Virus record (IMG/VR): IMGVR_UViG_3300035696_000016
Location: 1 to 64,000 of that record
DNA: 64,000 bases
Source of the DNA: a virus
Direction: 5' to 3' (one strand)
The notes below the pieces were generated by a model, which was not told where the DNA came from, did no database searches, and saw nothing but the letters and a program-made list of their open reading frames with translations. Shown piece by piece: positions 9,579-19,077 of the stretch; positions within the stretch are counted from its first letter, which is position 1; each line of letters begins with the position of its first letter. The position numbers were made by a program, and so were the translations under genes.

Positions 9579-9917
9579 TTGTCCCACCTTGACAAAACCG
9601 CATTCCGTAATTATATTATTTTGATGATAAACCAATTAATTATGCGCTCATATATGTTTCGTTTTCATAATAGTTTTATTGGATTTTTTGATACAGTTTC
9701 AGATGTAATGAAAACTATTGGCAAAGAATGGCAGGACTACGCATTTACTAATCAAGATAAAATTGCTCATTCGTGGGGAGCAGCATTTATTAATGCTTCA
9801 AAATCATTAGATGTAATTGTGGTCGATTTACAACGAATTAAGGATGAACATGATGCAAGAATTACAAAAACAACAAGAACCGGGACAGTCATTACTGCCA
9901 AGTCCAGCGAAATATAG
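9579..9917 (+). CDS. Hypothetical protein (true start probably downstream of the promoter)
   Basis: ORF following the promoter at 9589. Confidence 0.45.
   Translation: MSHLDKTAFRNYIILMINQLIMRSYMFRFHNSFIGFFDTVSDVMKTIGKEWQDYAFTNQDKIAHSWGAAFINASKSLDVIVVDLQRIKDEHDARITKTTRTGTVITAKSSEI
9589..9617 (+). promoter_or_regulatory. sigma70-type promoter
   Basis: TTGACA(9589-9594)-17 bp-TATATT(9612-9617). Confidence 0.75.
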
Positions 9918-10031
9918 TCCAACATATTTTGTATTGATTGTTCGTAAATATCTAATGAAATACTCGGCGGTGTATTATATTCGCACGAGTAATTTTATTA
10001 GAAAGTATTTATTGAACAGAAAACCATTTTA

Positions 10032-10364
10032 ATGTTGTTTTGTTCATCTAATAGTAAAGAATATAATCCTATTATGAGTTTTTTCGCATCACATAAATTG
10101 TCTATTGAATATCAATCAAAATCTAATGGTAGATTATATGGATTCTTTTTATTGGAAAATAAAAATCGTTATAGATTACAAATCTTGGCTGGCGGGTATC
10201 TTACAATATGTGGTGAGCAACGATCTGCAATAGCAGGAGATTATGATTCTATAACAGAAACTATCGATTGGAATGATTTAGATTTACTAAAAGATTTTTT
10301 ACCAGATGATGTAAGAAAATATTGTGAGTTCGTTGTGAGGTATCCAATTTTATATGATTTTTAA
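10032..10364 (+). CDS. Hypothetical protein, family G (tail degenerate)
   Basis: Shares YxSxxNGR and P.D.R.Y...VVR with 10354. Confidence 0.6.
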   Translation: MLFCSSNSKEYNPIMSFFASHKLSIEYQSKSNGRLYGFFLLENKNRYRLQILAGGYLTICGEQRSAIAGDYDSITETIDWNDLDLLKDFLPDDVRKYCEFVVRYPILYDF

Positions 10365-10650
10365 GTCTTCCAATGGTCGCACATACAAAGCCGACTTCAA
10401 TAAAAAATATTCTTGGTTAGAAGATAATAGATTTTACCTCGAAATCATAAAAGGCAATCCTATTAGATGTCGTAATGATGGTTCAGGCGATGACAGGGTA
10501 TATGCAATAGCACCATATTATGATCCTATTGCAGGTATAATTTATTGGGAAAATAAGGGACGAGATGAGCAAGATATGATCAACGCGTTCGTTCCGCAAG
10601 ACTTGCGCGAGTATTTAGACAAAGTAGTTAGGAAACTGGTGTTATTATGA
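10354..10650 (+). CDS. Tailed protein, family G
   Basis: Ends VPQDLREYLDKVVRKLVLL. Confidence 0.65.
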   Translation: MIFKSSNGRTYKADFNKKYSWLEDNRFYLEIIKGNPIRCRNDGSGDDRVYAIAPYYDPIAGIIYWENKGRDEQDMINAFVPQDLREYLDKVVRKLVLL

Positions 10651-11393
10651 AACAAATAATTGCAATTGGTTCTGGTGGTATGGACGGTAAAAACCCATCC
10701 ATTGAGTTATATATTCTGGCACAATCGAAAAAACAAAACCCAAAAATACTATTTTTACCCACTCCAAGTGGAGATGATGGTGGATATATAAAGTATTTTA
10801 TGGAATACTTCGGTCGTTTTCCTTGTGAGCCATCGTATCTTTCATTATTTAGTCCTCCAAACGAGGATTTAGAAAAACTTGTATTGTCTAATGACATAGT
10901 GTTTGTTAGCGGAGGGCATTCACGAAATGCTCTTGTATTATGGCAAAGTTGGAAAATGAACACAATATTACAAAAGGCTTATGATAATGGTGTTATTCTA
11001 TCAGGCGGAAGTGCTGGTAGCGTTGTATGGTTCGATGAATGTATCACAGATAGTGTGCCCGGAAAACTCACAGTAATGCCTTGTCTTGGTATTTTACCAT
11101 ATAGCAATTGTCCTCATTACACATCCAAACATAGACAGCAAGCATATTCAAAAGAAATGCTTAATGGCAATATTAAAAATGGATATGCCATTGATGATGA
11201 TGCAGCGCTCCACTTCATTGATGGAAACCCGGTTCGCAGTATCTCGATTAGAGATCAATCAAAATCATTTTATTGTCATACAAATGACGATACCCGATCT
11301 TTTATTCAAGATGAAATTGAAACAAGAAGTCTTAATAAGATTGCAATGGAAGAATTAGTATGGAGTTCTAAAACATTTTCTCACTTGGTTTAA
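10647..11393 (+). CDS. pepE: Peptidase E (S51 family)
   Basis: FLPTPSGD, VSGG, nucleophile motif GGSAG, CPHY, GYAIDD. Confidence 0.85.
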   Translation: MKQIIAIGSGGMDGKNPSIELYILAQSKKQNPKILFLPTPSGDDGGYIKYFMEYFGRFPCEPSYLSLFSPPNEDLEKLVLSNDIVFVSGGHSRNALVLWQSWKMNTILQKAYDNGVILSGGSAGSVVWFDECITDSVPGKLTVMPCLGILPYSNCPHYTSKHRQQAYSKEMLNGNIKNGYAIDDDAALHFIDGNPVRSISIRDQSKSFYCHTNDDTRSFIQDEIETRSLNKIAMEELVWSSKTFSHLV

Positions 11394-11395
11394 TA

Positions 11396-11722
11396 ATGTT
11401 TATTCGATATGACTATATTTTACCTTTTAGTGAAAACCCAAATTCCTTTAAAAAATGGAAATATAAAATAATTGATAATGATTTTATAGAAGAAGGAACA
11501 GAGTATGGTGTAGGAATATGGTATTCATGTATTAATACATATGAAAAACGTAATCTTCCGGTCGTTCCTAATTTAATCAGAGTATTTAGATGGTATACAA
11601 ATTACCTTACCAAGCATGGTTTAAATTACGATATCAATTATGCAATGGGTGCATGCAGAATGCACGAGCCGAAATTTTCAAAATACGAAAACGAAGTTAA
11701 AAAGTATCTACTATTAGTTTGA
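11396..11722 (+). CDS. Tailed protein, family A
   Basis: IIDNDFIEE..YEKRNLPVVPN..YENEVKKYLLLV. Confidence 0.75.
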   Translation: MFIRYDYILPFSENPNSFKKWKYKIIDNDFIEEGTEYGVGIWYSCINTYEKRNLPVVPNLIRVFRWYTNYLTKHGLNYDINYAMGACRMHEPKFSKYENEVKKYLLLV

Positions 11723-12486
11723 GCAAACCAATGTTATTAATTACAACGCCAAATATAAAGCCAGAAGTTAGATCACTAATCAATACCGCGCAAGCGTTAG
11801 GTTGGTCAGTATATAGTGATAGTTGGAATATTCCAGTTCATTTAAGAAATGAAACTGGCGCAACATATGGTGAGTGGTTATTTTGTGAAACCGTTGCAAG
11901 CCAATTAAATTGGAAACTAATTCGTAATTCCCTTGATTGGTTAGCAAACCTTCCTATTGAATATGTCAATAGAAATATTAAATTCACTAATTTTAGTGAA
12001 GCGTTAAAAATAACAGATGAGAAGTTCATCAAACCAGCGGATGATAAAGTTTTTACAGCGAAAGTATATTCATCTGGATCCGAGCTACGCTCATCAACAG
12101 TGGATATTGATACACCGGTTTTAGTATCCGATGTTATGAGATTTACATCTGAATATAGGTGTATCGTAAAAAACAGAAAAGTAATATCTGCTTGTTGTTA
12201 TTGGCTGCACACAAAGCAAATGCAAAACTCACGAAACCCCGCTGAATTTAATCTTGCTAAAAATTATGACAACAATCATGCTGATGTTGTAGGGTTCGTT
12301 AGCAATATGTTAAAAGATGGCAGAGTGGAGTGTGTAGATAGTTTTGTTGTAGATATTGGAAGATACGATAAAGATAAATACGCAGTTATTCAGGAAAATC
12401 CAATTTATGCATCAGGAATTTATGGCTGCGATTCGGTAGCAATGCTTGATGCATTAAAAACTGCTTGTATGAGTGGGAGAAATTAA
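11719..12486 (+). CDS. ATP-grasp protein (DUF4343/R2K-like)
   Basis: FIKPADDKVF, SEYRCIV, FVVDIG, QENP..ASGIYGCD. Confidence 0.75.
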   Translation: MSKPMLLITTPNIKPEVRSLINTAQALGWSVYSDSWNIPVHLRNETGATYGEWLFCETVASQLNWKLIRNSLDWLANLPIEYVNRNIKFTNFSEALKITDEKFIKPADDKVFTAKVYSSGSELRSSTVDIDTPVLVSDVMRFTSEYRCIVKNRKVISACCYWLHTKQMQNSRNPAEFNLAKNYDNNHADVVGFVSNMLKDGRVECVDSFVVDIGRYDKDKYAVIQENPIYASGIYGCDSVAMLDALKTACMSGRN

Positions 12487-12489
12487 AAT

Positions 12490-12864
12490 ATGAAAATTGT
12501 ATTAACGGTTTCCTTTCTATTAGAAAGTTATGAAAATACAGCAATTATAGCCTTAGTTAAGGCTGGATATAAAGTTTCAACATTCATATCAATTAAAGGT
12601 CAGGATAACTTGGCATCGTATACAGTCCAATTTTTTTTGGAAAATGATATACGAATAAATGATATAGAAAATTCACAAAAAGAAATTAAAAAAATAACAA
12701 TGGCTCTTAATGATACAAAATATTATGCAATAGTATATAGAGACGATTTTTATTCCTCAATTACTCCTTCTAATATTTTGATAATAAAAAAACCAAAAAT
12801 AAAACGAGAAGTTCCATATCTAAAAGTGTTAGAATCTAAAAAAGAAGAAAAGTTAGAGAATTAA
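12490..12864 (+). CDS. Hypothetical protein, paralog of 12866
   Basis: L.K.GY, YY.I, SN.I core and PYLKVLE. Confidence 0.6.
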   Translation: MKIVLTVSFLLESYENTAIIALVKAGYKVSTFISIKGQDNLASYTVQFFLENDIRINDIENSQKEIKKITMALNDTKYYAIVYRDDFYSSITPSNILIIKKPKIKREVPYLKVLESKKEEKLEN

Positions 12865-12865
12865 A

Positions 12866-13351
12866 ATGAATACATGTGCTGCTTTTATTTTGTTCCCAAC
12901 AAATACAACAATAGATAACCTTGTTCTCTTTCTATTTAAGAAAGGTTATGGTATCGCACCATTCGGTGAAAAACATACTCTTTCTGATAATCATAGTCCA
13001 GCAGATTTATGTGCATTATTAATAATGCATAATAAACCGTTTTCAGCACAAGAATTGAAAGAACAAATTACAACATTTTTATGTGAAAAAGAAATTGCTT
13101 TTTATTCAGTCATTGTTTGCGTAGGACATGGAGCGGTTGATTACGCTTGGTCGGCGAGTAATTTAATTCAGCGAGACAATAAAACAGAAACAACAAATAA
13201 CAAAAAATCAAGCGTATCATACCTTAGACTTGTTGAACCAACAAGTAATAGTGAAGAATTTAAAGAAGAGGTTATTGAGCCTATTATAGAATCAAAACAA
13301 GAAGAGCAAATTGCTTCGGAACCAAACACACCACAAGAGCCAAATCCATGA
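12866..13351 (+). CDS. Hypothetical protein, paralog of 12490
   Basis: LFKKGY, FYSVI, SNLI, SYLRLVE and an acidic tail. Confidence 0.6.
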   Translation: MNTCAAFILFPTNTTIDNLVLFLFKKGYGIAPFGEKHTLSDNHSPADLCALLIMHNKPFSAQELKEQITTFLCEKEIAFYSVIVCVGHGAVDYAWSASNLIQRDNKTETTNNKKSSVSYLRLVEPTSNSEEFKEEVIEPIIESKQEEQIASEPNTPQEPNP

Positions 13352-14142
13352 CATCAGAATTTTCTAATTACAATAAAATACACGATTTTTTAAATCTAAT
13401 TAGACAAAATCCAAAAAATGAAGTTAATTACTTCTTTTTAGATGAAGAAAATAAATTCATAGTTTTTGGAGAAAAACTAAAATCTCTTCCCGTGCCACAT
13501 AATAAATATTATGAAAAAGAACAGTTTTATATTCATATTGACCTACCTAACAAGCGTGTTCAATTTTATGCTTTCGACATAAAAGATTATATGAGTGGAG
13601 AAAGGATAAACGAAGTCGGCGGCACCATGTCGTGGTCTAAAGAGATAGAAGATAGTATCTACAACTTTTTTGTGTTGAATATGAAAGAGTTGTCTAATGC
13701 TACATATCCATATTCGTCATTGAATGACAATAAACAAATCAAACCTATGCAATCGTATGCGCCATATGATAAAACATATGATAAGACATATCAAACGCAT
13801 ACTTATGGAACTCCTTATGGAAGTCAGGCATATAAAGAACGTGAAGCATTTATAGATAAAGTTGGTGATTTACTAAAAACAAACAAAACCTCTCAAACAA
13901 TTGATTACATATCTACGACCATAAATAAATGGAGTGAAGAAAAAAAACTTACAATAATTGATGATGTTTTGCGTCTCCTTAATTTTGATAAACTAAACAT
14001 TCCAGCAATGGTTAGTGTTTTGGAAGCAACAAAAGGAATAGAAGGATTAAAAGATAGAACTTTTTTCTACGGAAAAGTAAGAGAACATATCGTTAAATTA
14101 AAGCCAAATCGAGTAGATATGGTATTAAAGAGGGTAGCATAA
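13348..14142 (+). CDS. Hypothetical protein
   Basis: 264-aa ORF. Confidence 0.6.
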   Translation: MTSEFSNYNKIHDFLNLIRQNPKNEVNYFFLDEENKFIVFGEKLKSLPVPHNKYYEKEQFYIHIDLPNKRVQFYAFDIKDYMSGERINEVGGTMSWSKEIEDSIYNFFVLNMKELSNATYPYSSLNDNKQIKPMQSYAPYDKTYDKTYQTHTYGTPYGSQAYKEREAFIDKVGDLLKTNKTSQTIDYISTTINKWSEEKKLTIIDDVLRLLNFDKLNIPAMVSVLEATKGIEGLKDRTFFYGKVREHIVKLKPNRVDMVLKRVA

Positions 14143-14372
14143 TGACAACAATTAAACATAACGCAACAGTTAAAGCAACGCACGATGATGTCATTGATCA
14201 TATTGTCGGTATGACAGAGGAACAGGCCATTAGAACATTGAAGCTTAATGGTGAAAATAATATTCGTATTGTAAAAAAGAACGGCGAAGTATTTATTTTT
14301 CCAATGATATTTTGGACTGGGGTAAATCTTATTATTCAAAATGATAAAGTAATACAAGCAACACGAGGTTAA
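14142..14372 (+). CDS. Possible I78/potato-inhibitor-fold peptidase inhibitor
   Basis: IVGMTEEQA..RIV..NG...NL.IQNDKV....G pattern. Confidence 0.45.
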   Translation: MTTIKHNATVKATHDDVIDHIVGMTEEQAIRTLKLNGENNIRIVKKNGEVFIFPMIFWTGVNLIIQNDKVIQATRG

Positions 14373-14382
14373 TCCTAATATA

Positions 14383-15246
14383 ATGTGTTCCATTATAGCA
14401 ATTAATCATCATTACAAGGGCTTTCCGCTTGTTATTGCATCGAATCGCGATGAAGATATTGCACGCCCATCATCTGGTGTTCAATTACTTTCTAATGAGC
14501 CAATTATTATTGGTGGTAGAGATGAATTGAAAGGTGGAACTTGGCTTGCGGTAAATGGTCATTCCTTATTCGTTGGAATAACAAATCAAGGTATAACCAA
14601 TCCAGATCTGGAAACTCGCGGTAAGATTGTAATGGAAGCATTAAGACGAACTACGCTTCGCGATTTAATTCAATTCGTTGAAGAAATTAATCCGTCTATG
14701 TATAATGGTTTTAATTTAGTGTTCGGAAATCAGGAAAAAGTTTTCCTCGCTCATTCATACATATTACACTCAATGATAATTAAAGAACTTCCAAAAGGGG
14801 TTCATACAATATCAGATGATATTATATTTAATAGAATATCATCAAAATCAACCTATATACACTCTAAACTTGATAAAATTGTTGATAAGGAGTGGTTAGA
14901 ATATTACAAAATATTAAAAAGAACCCTTGCTAATACTGATTATGTTAGAATTAAACAATCAAAAGATTCAGCCGGAAAATGCACGGTTTCGTCATCCATA
15001 TTAGCATTTTCAGAACAAGGCTTGTCAAGGTATAAGTTTTACGATAGAACTAAATCAAACTTACCAGCAAATAAAAGATATAAGGATTACATTAATCTTT
15101 TTAATCAAAATCCAGATGAGAAACCGGTTTCAGAAGAATCGGGTGATGATTGTGATTCTGATCCAGAAAAAATAGCCACATCCACATTCATAACAGACTT
15201 CTCGGCAAACCCAACTATCTATAAATCCATAAGGCTAAAATACTAA
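14383..15246 (+). CDS. NRDE/TANGO2 family (Ntn-hydrolase fold)
   Basis: N-terminal MC, SNRDE, GRD..GGTWL, TRG, YNGFNL. Confidence 0.9.
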   Translation: MCSIIAINHHYKGFPLVIASNRDEDIARPSSGVQLLSNEPIIIGGRDELKGGTWLAVNGHSLFVGITNQGITNPDLETRGKIVMEALRRTTLRDLIQFVEEINPSMYNGFNLVFGNQEKVFLAHSYILHSMIIKELPKGVHTISDDIIFNRISSKSTYIHSKLDKIVDKEWLEYYKILKRTLANTDYVRIKQSKDSAGKCTVSSSILAFSEQGLSRYKFYDRTKSNLPANKRYKDYINLFNQNPDEKPVSEESGDDCDSDPEKIATSTFITDFSANPTIYKSIRLKY

Positions 15247-15267
15247 CAATAAAATGGCATAATTATT

Positions 15268-15585
15268 ATGAACGCACCAAGCACAGCATCATCGGGCGAA
15301 TGCCGCTATCAAAAGCAGCGCTTCGAGTTTCGTGTGCTTAATTTAGAGTTCGTTCGAGGTAAATCATTATTGATTGAGGCGGTATGCTATAATCCGAGTC
15401 TCGAATATCCTCATAATAAAGAAAAGACATTAACATACGCAACAAACAATTTTTTCGTTGAACACGAGGAATTAAAAATTGCAATGGCAATTATTAATGC
15501 TATTGTGAAGAAATCTAAATTGCCCAAGAACAGACTATATAAATTATGCGTAAAAGACAGTAAGATATTTTTTATATTAGGATAA
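15268..15585 (+). CDS. Hypothetical protein
   Basis: ORF preceded by CAAT-N6-GCAT. Confidence 0.5.
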   Translation: MNAPSTASSGECRYQKQRFEFRVLNLEFVRGKSLLIEAVCYNPSLEYPHNKEKTLTYATNNFFVEHEELKIAMAIINAIVKKSKLPKNRLYKLCVKDSKIFFILG

Positions 15586-15587
15586 CG

Positions 15588-15977
15588 GTGAAAAAAAAAG
15601 ACGCTAAAATAGAATTAATAAAGATCTTTTCAGAAACCAAATACGAGTTCGCTTATATAGATGATAAGTTCGTTTCTAATTTTATTGCAGTGATGTGGAA
15701 AAATGTATTCGACAATACAAAATCAGCAATAAAATCAGGCAGAAAAGAAGTCGTTATTGACGATTTTATTGTATCGTCGTATTCGGGTAAATACCCTCCG
15801 CATGAACGATCTCATGTATATGATCAAATGCTTCCGTATATCAGACAAGAATTAGATAATAGCGAAATACCATACATTGAAGATTGTTATACGATAAATA
15901 AGACAGCAAGATTTAAGATTGATTTAGAAGACTTGAAAAAGTTTTCTAATGTAGATAGATTAACTATTTTAAAGTAG
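15588..15977 (+). CDS. Tailed protein (singleton)
   Basis: Ends VDRLTILK. Confidence 0.6.
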   Translation: MKKKDAKIELIKIFSETKYEFAYIDDKFVSNFIAVMWKNVFDNTKSAIKSGRKEVVIDDFIVSSYSGKYPPHERSHVYDQMLPYIRQELDNSEIPYIEDCYTINKTARFKIDLEDLKKFSNVDRLTILK

Positions 15978-15986
15978 AGAAGTCTA

Positions 15987-16148
15987 ATGATTTATTATTG
16001 TAATTATTGCCCTTGCAAGGATTGCAAGAGCGAACATGGAAATAAATATATAACACACGCTAAAACGATCAATGGTGATTGGATATGCAATGTGTGCTAT
16101 ACATATGAAGTATGCCTTGATGCAGGAGCAAAAGAGCCATGCCCATAA
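15987..16148 (+). CDS. Small Cys-rich protein (not in ORF track)
   Basis: MIYYCNYCPCKDC...WICNVC..EVC..PCP-stop. Confidence 0.5.
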   Translation: MIYYCNYCPCKDCKSEHGNKYITHAKTINGDWICNVCYTYEVCLDAGAKEPCP

Positions 16149-16173
16149 TGCATACATAGACCAAAATTAGTTA

Positions 16174-16710
16174 GTGATTGGAGTAAATAATATGGCATCA
16201 ATAGTTAGCGTTATAAAAAAATACTATCCAGAAGTGAATATAGTTGAGAAGAAATCTTCATGGTTCATGAAAGCCATTGCAGCAATAATGTTTTGGCAAA
16301 CAAATGCATTCATGACAAACTATTGGACGACAATCGGAAATACAATTTATGTAGTTTCATTAGATCAGGTTGAACAAGACCCAGCGCGCGTACTGCATGA
16401 GATCGTACATGTAATGGATCGTAATAGAAACATATTTTATTCTTTTCTATATCTTTTACCGTTTCCATTCCTATTCCGTGCTAATTATGAAAAGAAAGCA
16501 TACTTGGCGCAATGTTATGCTAATAAAAGAATAAATCCAAGTTTTGATGTTGCTTCTAATTGGAAAGAAATAGTTGATTACAATTTTCATTCTGCAATAT
16601 ACTTATGGATGAATCCATTCCAAGGTTATGATTTACCAGCAGAATTGATTAGTGATCCTTTTGTCAAATTGCAAATTGATACTATGTTAAACGAATACCT
16701 CGGAGTATAA
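16174..16710 (+). CDS. Zincin-like metallopeptidase
   Basis: TTIGNTIY, LHEIVHV and a downstream YEKKAY glutamate. Confidence 0.65.
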   Translation: MIGVNNMASIVSVIKKYYPEVNIVEKKSSWFMKAIAAIMFWQTNAFMTNYWTTIGNTIYVVSLDQVEQDPARVLHEIVHVMDRNRNIFYSFLYLLPFPFLFRANYEKKAYLAQCYANKRINPSFDVASNWKEIVDYNFHSAIYLWMNPFQGYDLPAELISDPFVKLQIDTMLNEYLGV

Positions 16711-16711
16711 G

Positions 16712-16891
16712 ATGGCAATACATATAAATGTCGTATGTGATCATGATGGCTGCAAATTATGTCAATCAATTGGTTTCGAACAGTTTGAGGAAACTTGGGG
16801 AGATCTAATTAAAGCGTTGTATGATGCTGGTTGGAAATTGGATATTGAGGAAGAGAAAGTAATCAAAGCATTTTGCCCTGAACATAAATGA
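16712..16891 (+). CDS. Small Zn-binding protein (not in ORF track)
   Basis: CDHDGC...AGW...FCPEH. Confidence 0.55.
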   Translation: MAIHINVVCDHDGCKLCQSIGFEQFEETWGDLIKALYDAGWKLDIEEEKVIKAFCPEHK

Positions 16892-17202
16892 AACAAGGTG
16901 GAGCAAATCCCATTGATGTAGTTATTCATAGGGAAAACTATTTTTACAATCGTAAAGTATCATTGGAGCAGTTTCGTTCCAATCTCGAAGAACAAAAGAA
17001 TAAGTTCGCAGTTGATGCGGTATTCAGATTTATTATTGAACAAGAGCGGTTCATCCAACATATAACTAAAAACAAACATGCCGTGGCAAAACCGAAGGAT
17101 GAAGAAAAGTTTTTGGAATTGTTGATTGGTGAGGCAAAAAAGGTATTCGGAAAAGAATACGATAAATTATACACGGAGATTGAAACAGAATGTACCAAAT
17201 AA
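16888..17202 (+). CDS. Hypothetical protein
   Basis: ORF, ATGA-coupled to the upstream gene. Confidence 0.5.
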   Translation: MKQGGANPIDVVIHRENYFYNRKVSLEQFRSNLEEQKNKFAVDAVFRFIIEQERFIQHITKNKHAVAKPKDEEKFLELLIGEAKKVFGKEYDKLYTEIETECTK

Positions 17203-17447
17203 AAACAATAAAACAAACTTGTTTTGGTTGCCCATCACAATGGGAGGGAAAAACAATTGATGACCACGATGTCTATATTAGATACCGTGGTGGGTATCTT
17301 CGGTTGGATATCGATGGTAAAACCGAATGCGGAATGGAAGTTGGTGATGACCTCGATGGATGTATTGGCTTGGAAGAAGCGCTAACACATATGGCTAATT
17401 ATATAACTATGTGTAAAGAGGCAACAGCAGAATACTATGAATGGTAA
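17190..17447 (+). CDS. Hypothetical phage protein
   Basis: TCFGCPSQWEG...YIRYRGG motif. Confidence 0.6.
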   Translation: MYQIKTIKQTCFGCPSQWEGKTIDDHDVYIRYRGGYLRLDIDGKTECGMEVGDDLDGCIGLEEALTHMANYITMCKEATAEYYEW

Positions 17448-17655
17448 AACTTACTATAAAGTCTATTTTATATGTTGGTTGCCAGATAGTTTTGGCAACA
17501 TAACAACGGAATTAGATGATCGAACAGAGAGAACAAAATACTTCGATACAAAAGAAGATGCTATTGAGTATATAGAAGAAACAAAATCTTGGCAAAAAGA
17601 ATGGCTGGCGACGATTGAATTGAAAAAAATTGTTGAAACAGATGAATCGATCTAG
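17437..17655 (+). CDS. Hypothetical protein
   Basis: ORF with F.TKEDA motif. Confidence 0.5.
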   Translation: MNGKTYYKVYFICWLPDSFGNITTELDDRTERTKYFDTKEDAIEYIEETKSWQKEWLATIELKKIVETDESI

Positions 17656-17932
17656 ATATCTTTTGCCATATCAAAAGGTTCGCTTACCGCTTGATCGAAT
17701 GCTCAATTTAGATAGATATGTTCGTTGTTTTCTATCAGGAGAATATTTAGATATTTTTGCTGATGGACATATTGTATGTTCAATGGATTTTGTGAGCAAG
17801 GAAAGATATTGGCTTATAACCTCAAAACAAAAACGACATGTTTCCTTGCAAGAAGCAATGGCAGATCTGGATCAAAGATTGATTGAACAGGGTTATATAT
17901 TATTGACAGAAAAACAGGCATTATTAATTTAA
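17642..17932 (+). CDS. Tailed protein, family B
   Basis: YLLPY...LDQRLIEQGYILLTEKQALLI. Confidence 0.75.
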   Translation: MNRSRYLLPYQKVRLPLDRMLNLDRYVRCFLSGEYLDIFADGHIVCSMDFVSKERYWLITSKQKRHVSLQEAMADLDQRLIEQGYILLTEKQALLI

Positions 17933-18189
17933 TGGATAAACATAAGTATCTAACACCATATCGTCCAGTTAAGCGCCTTGATGCTCGCCCAAGTTGTGAT
18001 TTTGGAAGATATTTTGTGAAAAATAATTTATGTATTTGTATGGTGTATCAAACAAATGTTGGTTTTTGGACACATACAAGAACTTATAGAAGTTTTAATA
18101 CAAAAGAAGCAGCAATAACAAGTTTAGATACAATACTTACTAATGGTGGTTATATTCTATTGACAGAAGAACAGATGTTATTGATATGA
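17932..18189 (+). CDS. Tailed protein, family B
   Basis: YLTPY...LDTILTNGGYILLTEEQMLLI. Confidence 0.75.
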   Translation: MDKHKYLTPYRPVKRLDARPSCDFGRYFVKNNLCICMVYQTNVGFWTHTRTYRSFNTKEAAITSLDTILTNGGYILLTEEQMLLI

Positions 18190-18500
18190 AAGAAAGTAAA
18201 TTACTATCACCTTGGTCAGTTTTTGTTGATGAACAACAAATCGATACAAATATTTTTGTTAGATGGAGAATTGGCGGAAACGATTTACAGCCAGAGTTGT
18301 GGGGTGCGTGGGTTGCTTATTACGGTTTTGATAAATCATTTAGTCGTGCAATACATTACATAATATGTTCATCTTATAATAGAATGGGTGATTTTTCCTC
18401 CATACAAGAAGGACAGAATCTGATTGATAAAGAACTAACTGATCTTGGTTATATATTATGTAATCAGGAACAATGGGACAAATATTCGTTGTTAATATGA
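18186..18500 (+). CDS. Tailed protein, family B
   Basis: LLSPW...IDKELTDLGYILCNQEQWDKYSLLI. Confidence 0.75.
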   Translation: MKESKLLSPWSVFVDEQQIDTNIFVRWRIGGNDLQPELWGAWVAYYGFDKSFSRAIHYIICSSYNRMGDFSSIQEGQNLIDKELTDLGYILCNQEQWDKYSLLI

Positions 18501-18727
18501 AAGAAAGTTATATACTATCACCTTGGCGAGCACGAAAGTTTGACTATTACACCCGATATTACAGAATATCGTTAAATAATATCATTCGAGCATCACATAT
18601 TATGGGGCATGATTCCAATCATGAGTTTTGGATTGTTATGGGTAGTATAGACAGAGAACTAATAAGTGCCGGGTATAAATTATGCTCTTCGGAAGAAGGG
18701 TTTGATAAGTATAGGTTGCTGGTGTGA
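18497..18727 (+). CDS. Tailed protein, family B
   Basis: ILSPW...IDRELISAGYKLCSSEEGFDKYRLLV. Confidence 0.75.
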   Translation: MKESYILSPWRARKFDYYTRYYRISLNNIIRASHIMGHDSNHEFWIVMGSIDRELISAGYKLCSSEEGFDKYRLLV

Positions 18728-19011
18728 TTATGGATAAGACAAAATTAGTATCACCTTGGATCATCGTTGCAGAAACGGAAAGAGAATGGAGACAGTACAG
18801 ACTATCACTCGGGGCTCCGTCGTTGGTAGGAAATATAGTAAAAACTAAAGTACAAAACAGGCTTTATTATTGTGGACGAGTAATAGGAGAATACAGTCAA
18901 ATATTCTCATTATTGAGCAGCGCCATACATTATGTAGATAAGCAATTATTGGATGATGAATATGTGTTCTTGACCCAAGAAGAATGGGATAAATACCAGT
19001 TGCTAATGTAG
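18724..19011 (+). CDS. Tailed protein, family B
   Basis: LVSPW...VDKQLLDDEYVFLTQEEWDKYQLLM. Confidence 0.75.
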   Translation: MIMDKTKLVSPWIIVAETEREWRQYRLSLGAPSLVGNIVKTKVQNRLYYCGRVIGEYSQIFSLLSSAIHYVDKQLLDDEYVFLTQEEWDKYQLLM

Positions 19012-19024
19012 GGCAATGTAAGCC

Positions 19025-19053
19025 TTGACAGGCTGGCTGGGGGTGATTATTAT
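19025..19053 (+). promoter_or_regulatory. sigma70-type promoter
   Basis: TTGACA(19025-19030)-17 bp-TATTAT(19048-19053), followed by AAGGA and ATG 19078. Confidence 0.7.
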
Positions 19054-19077
19054 AGCATTTAACCAAAGGATGCTGCT

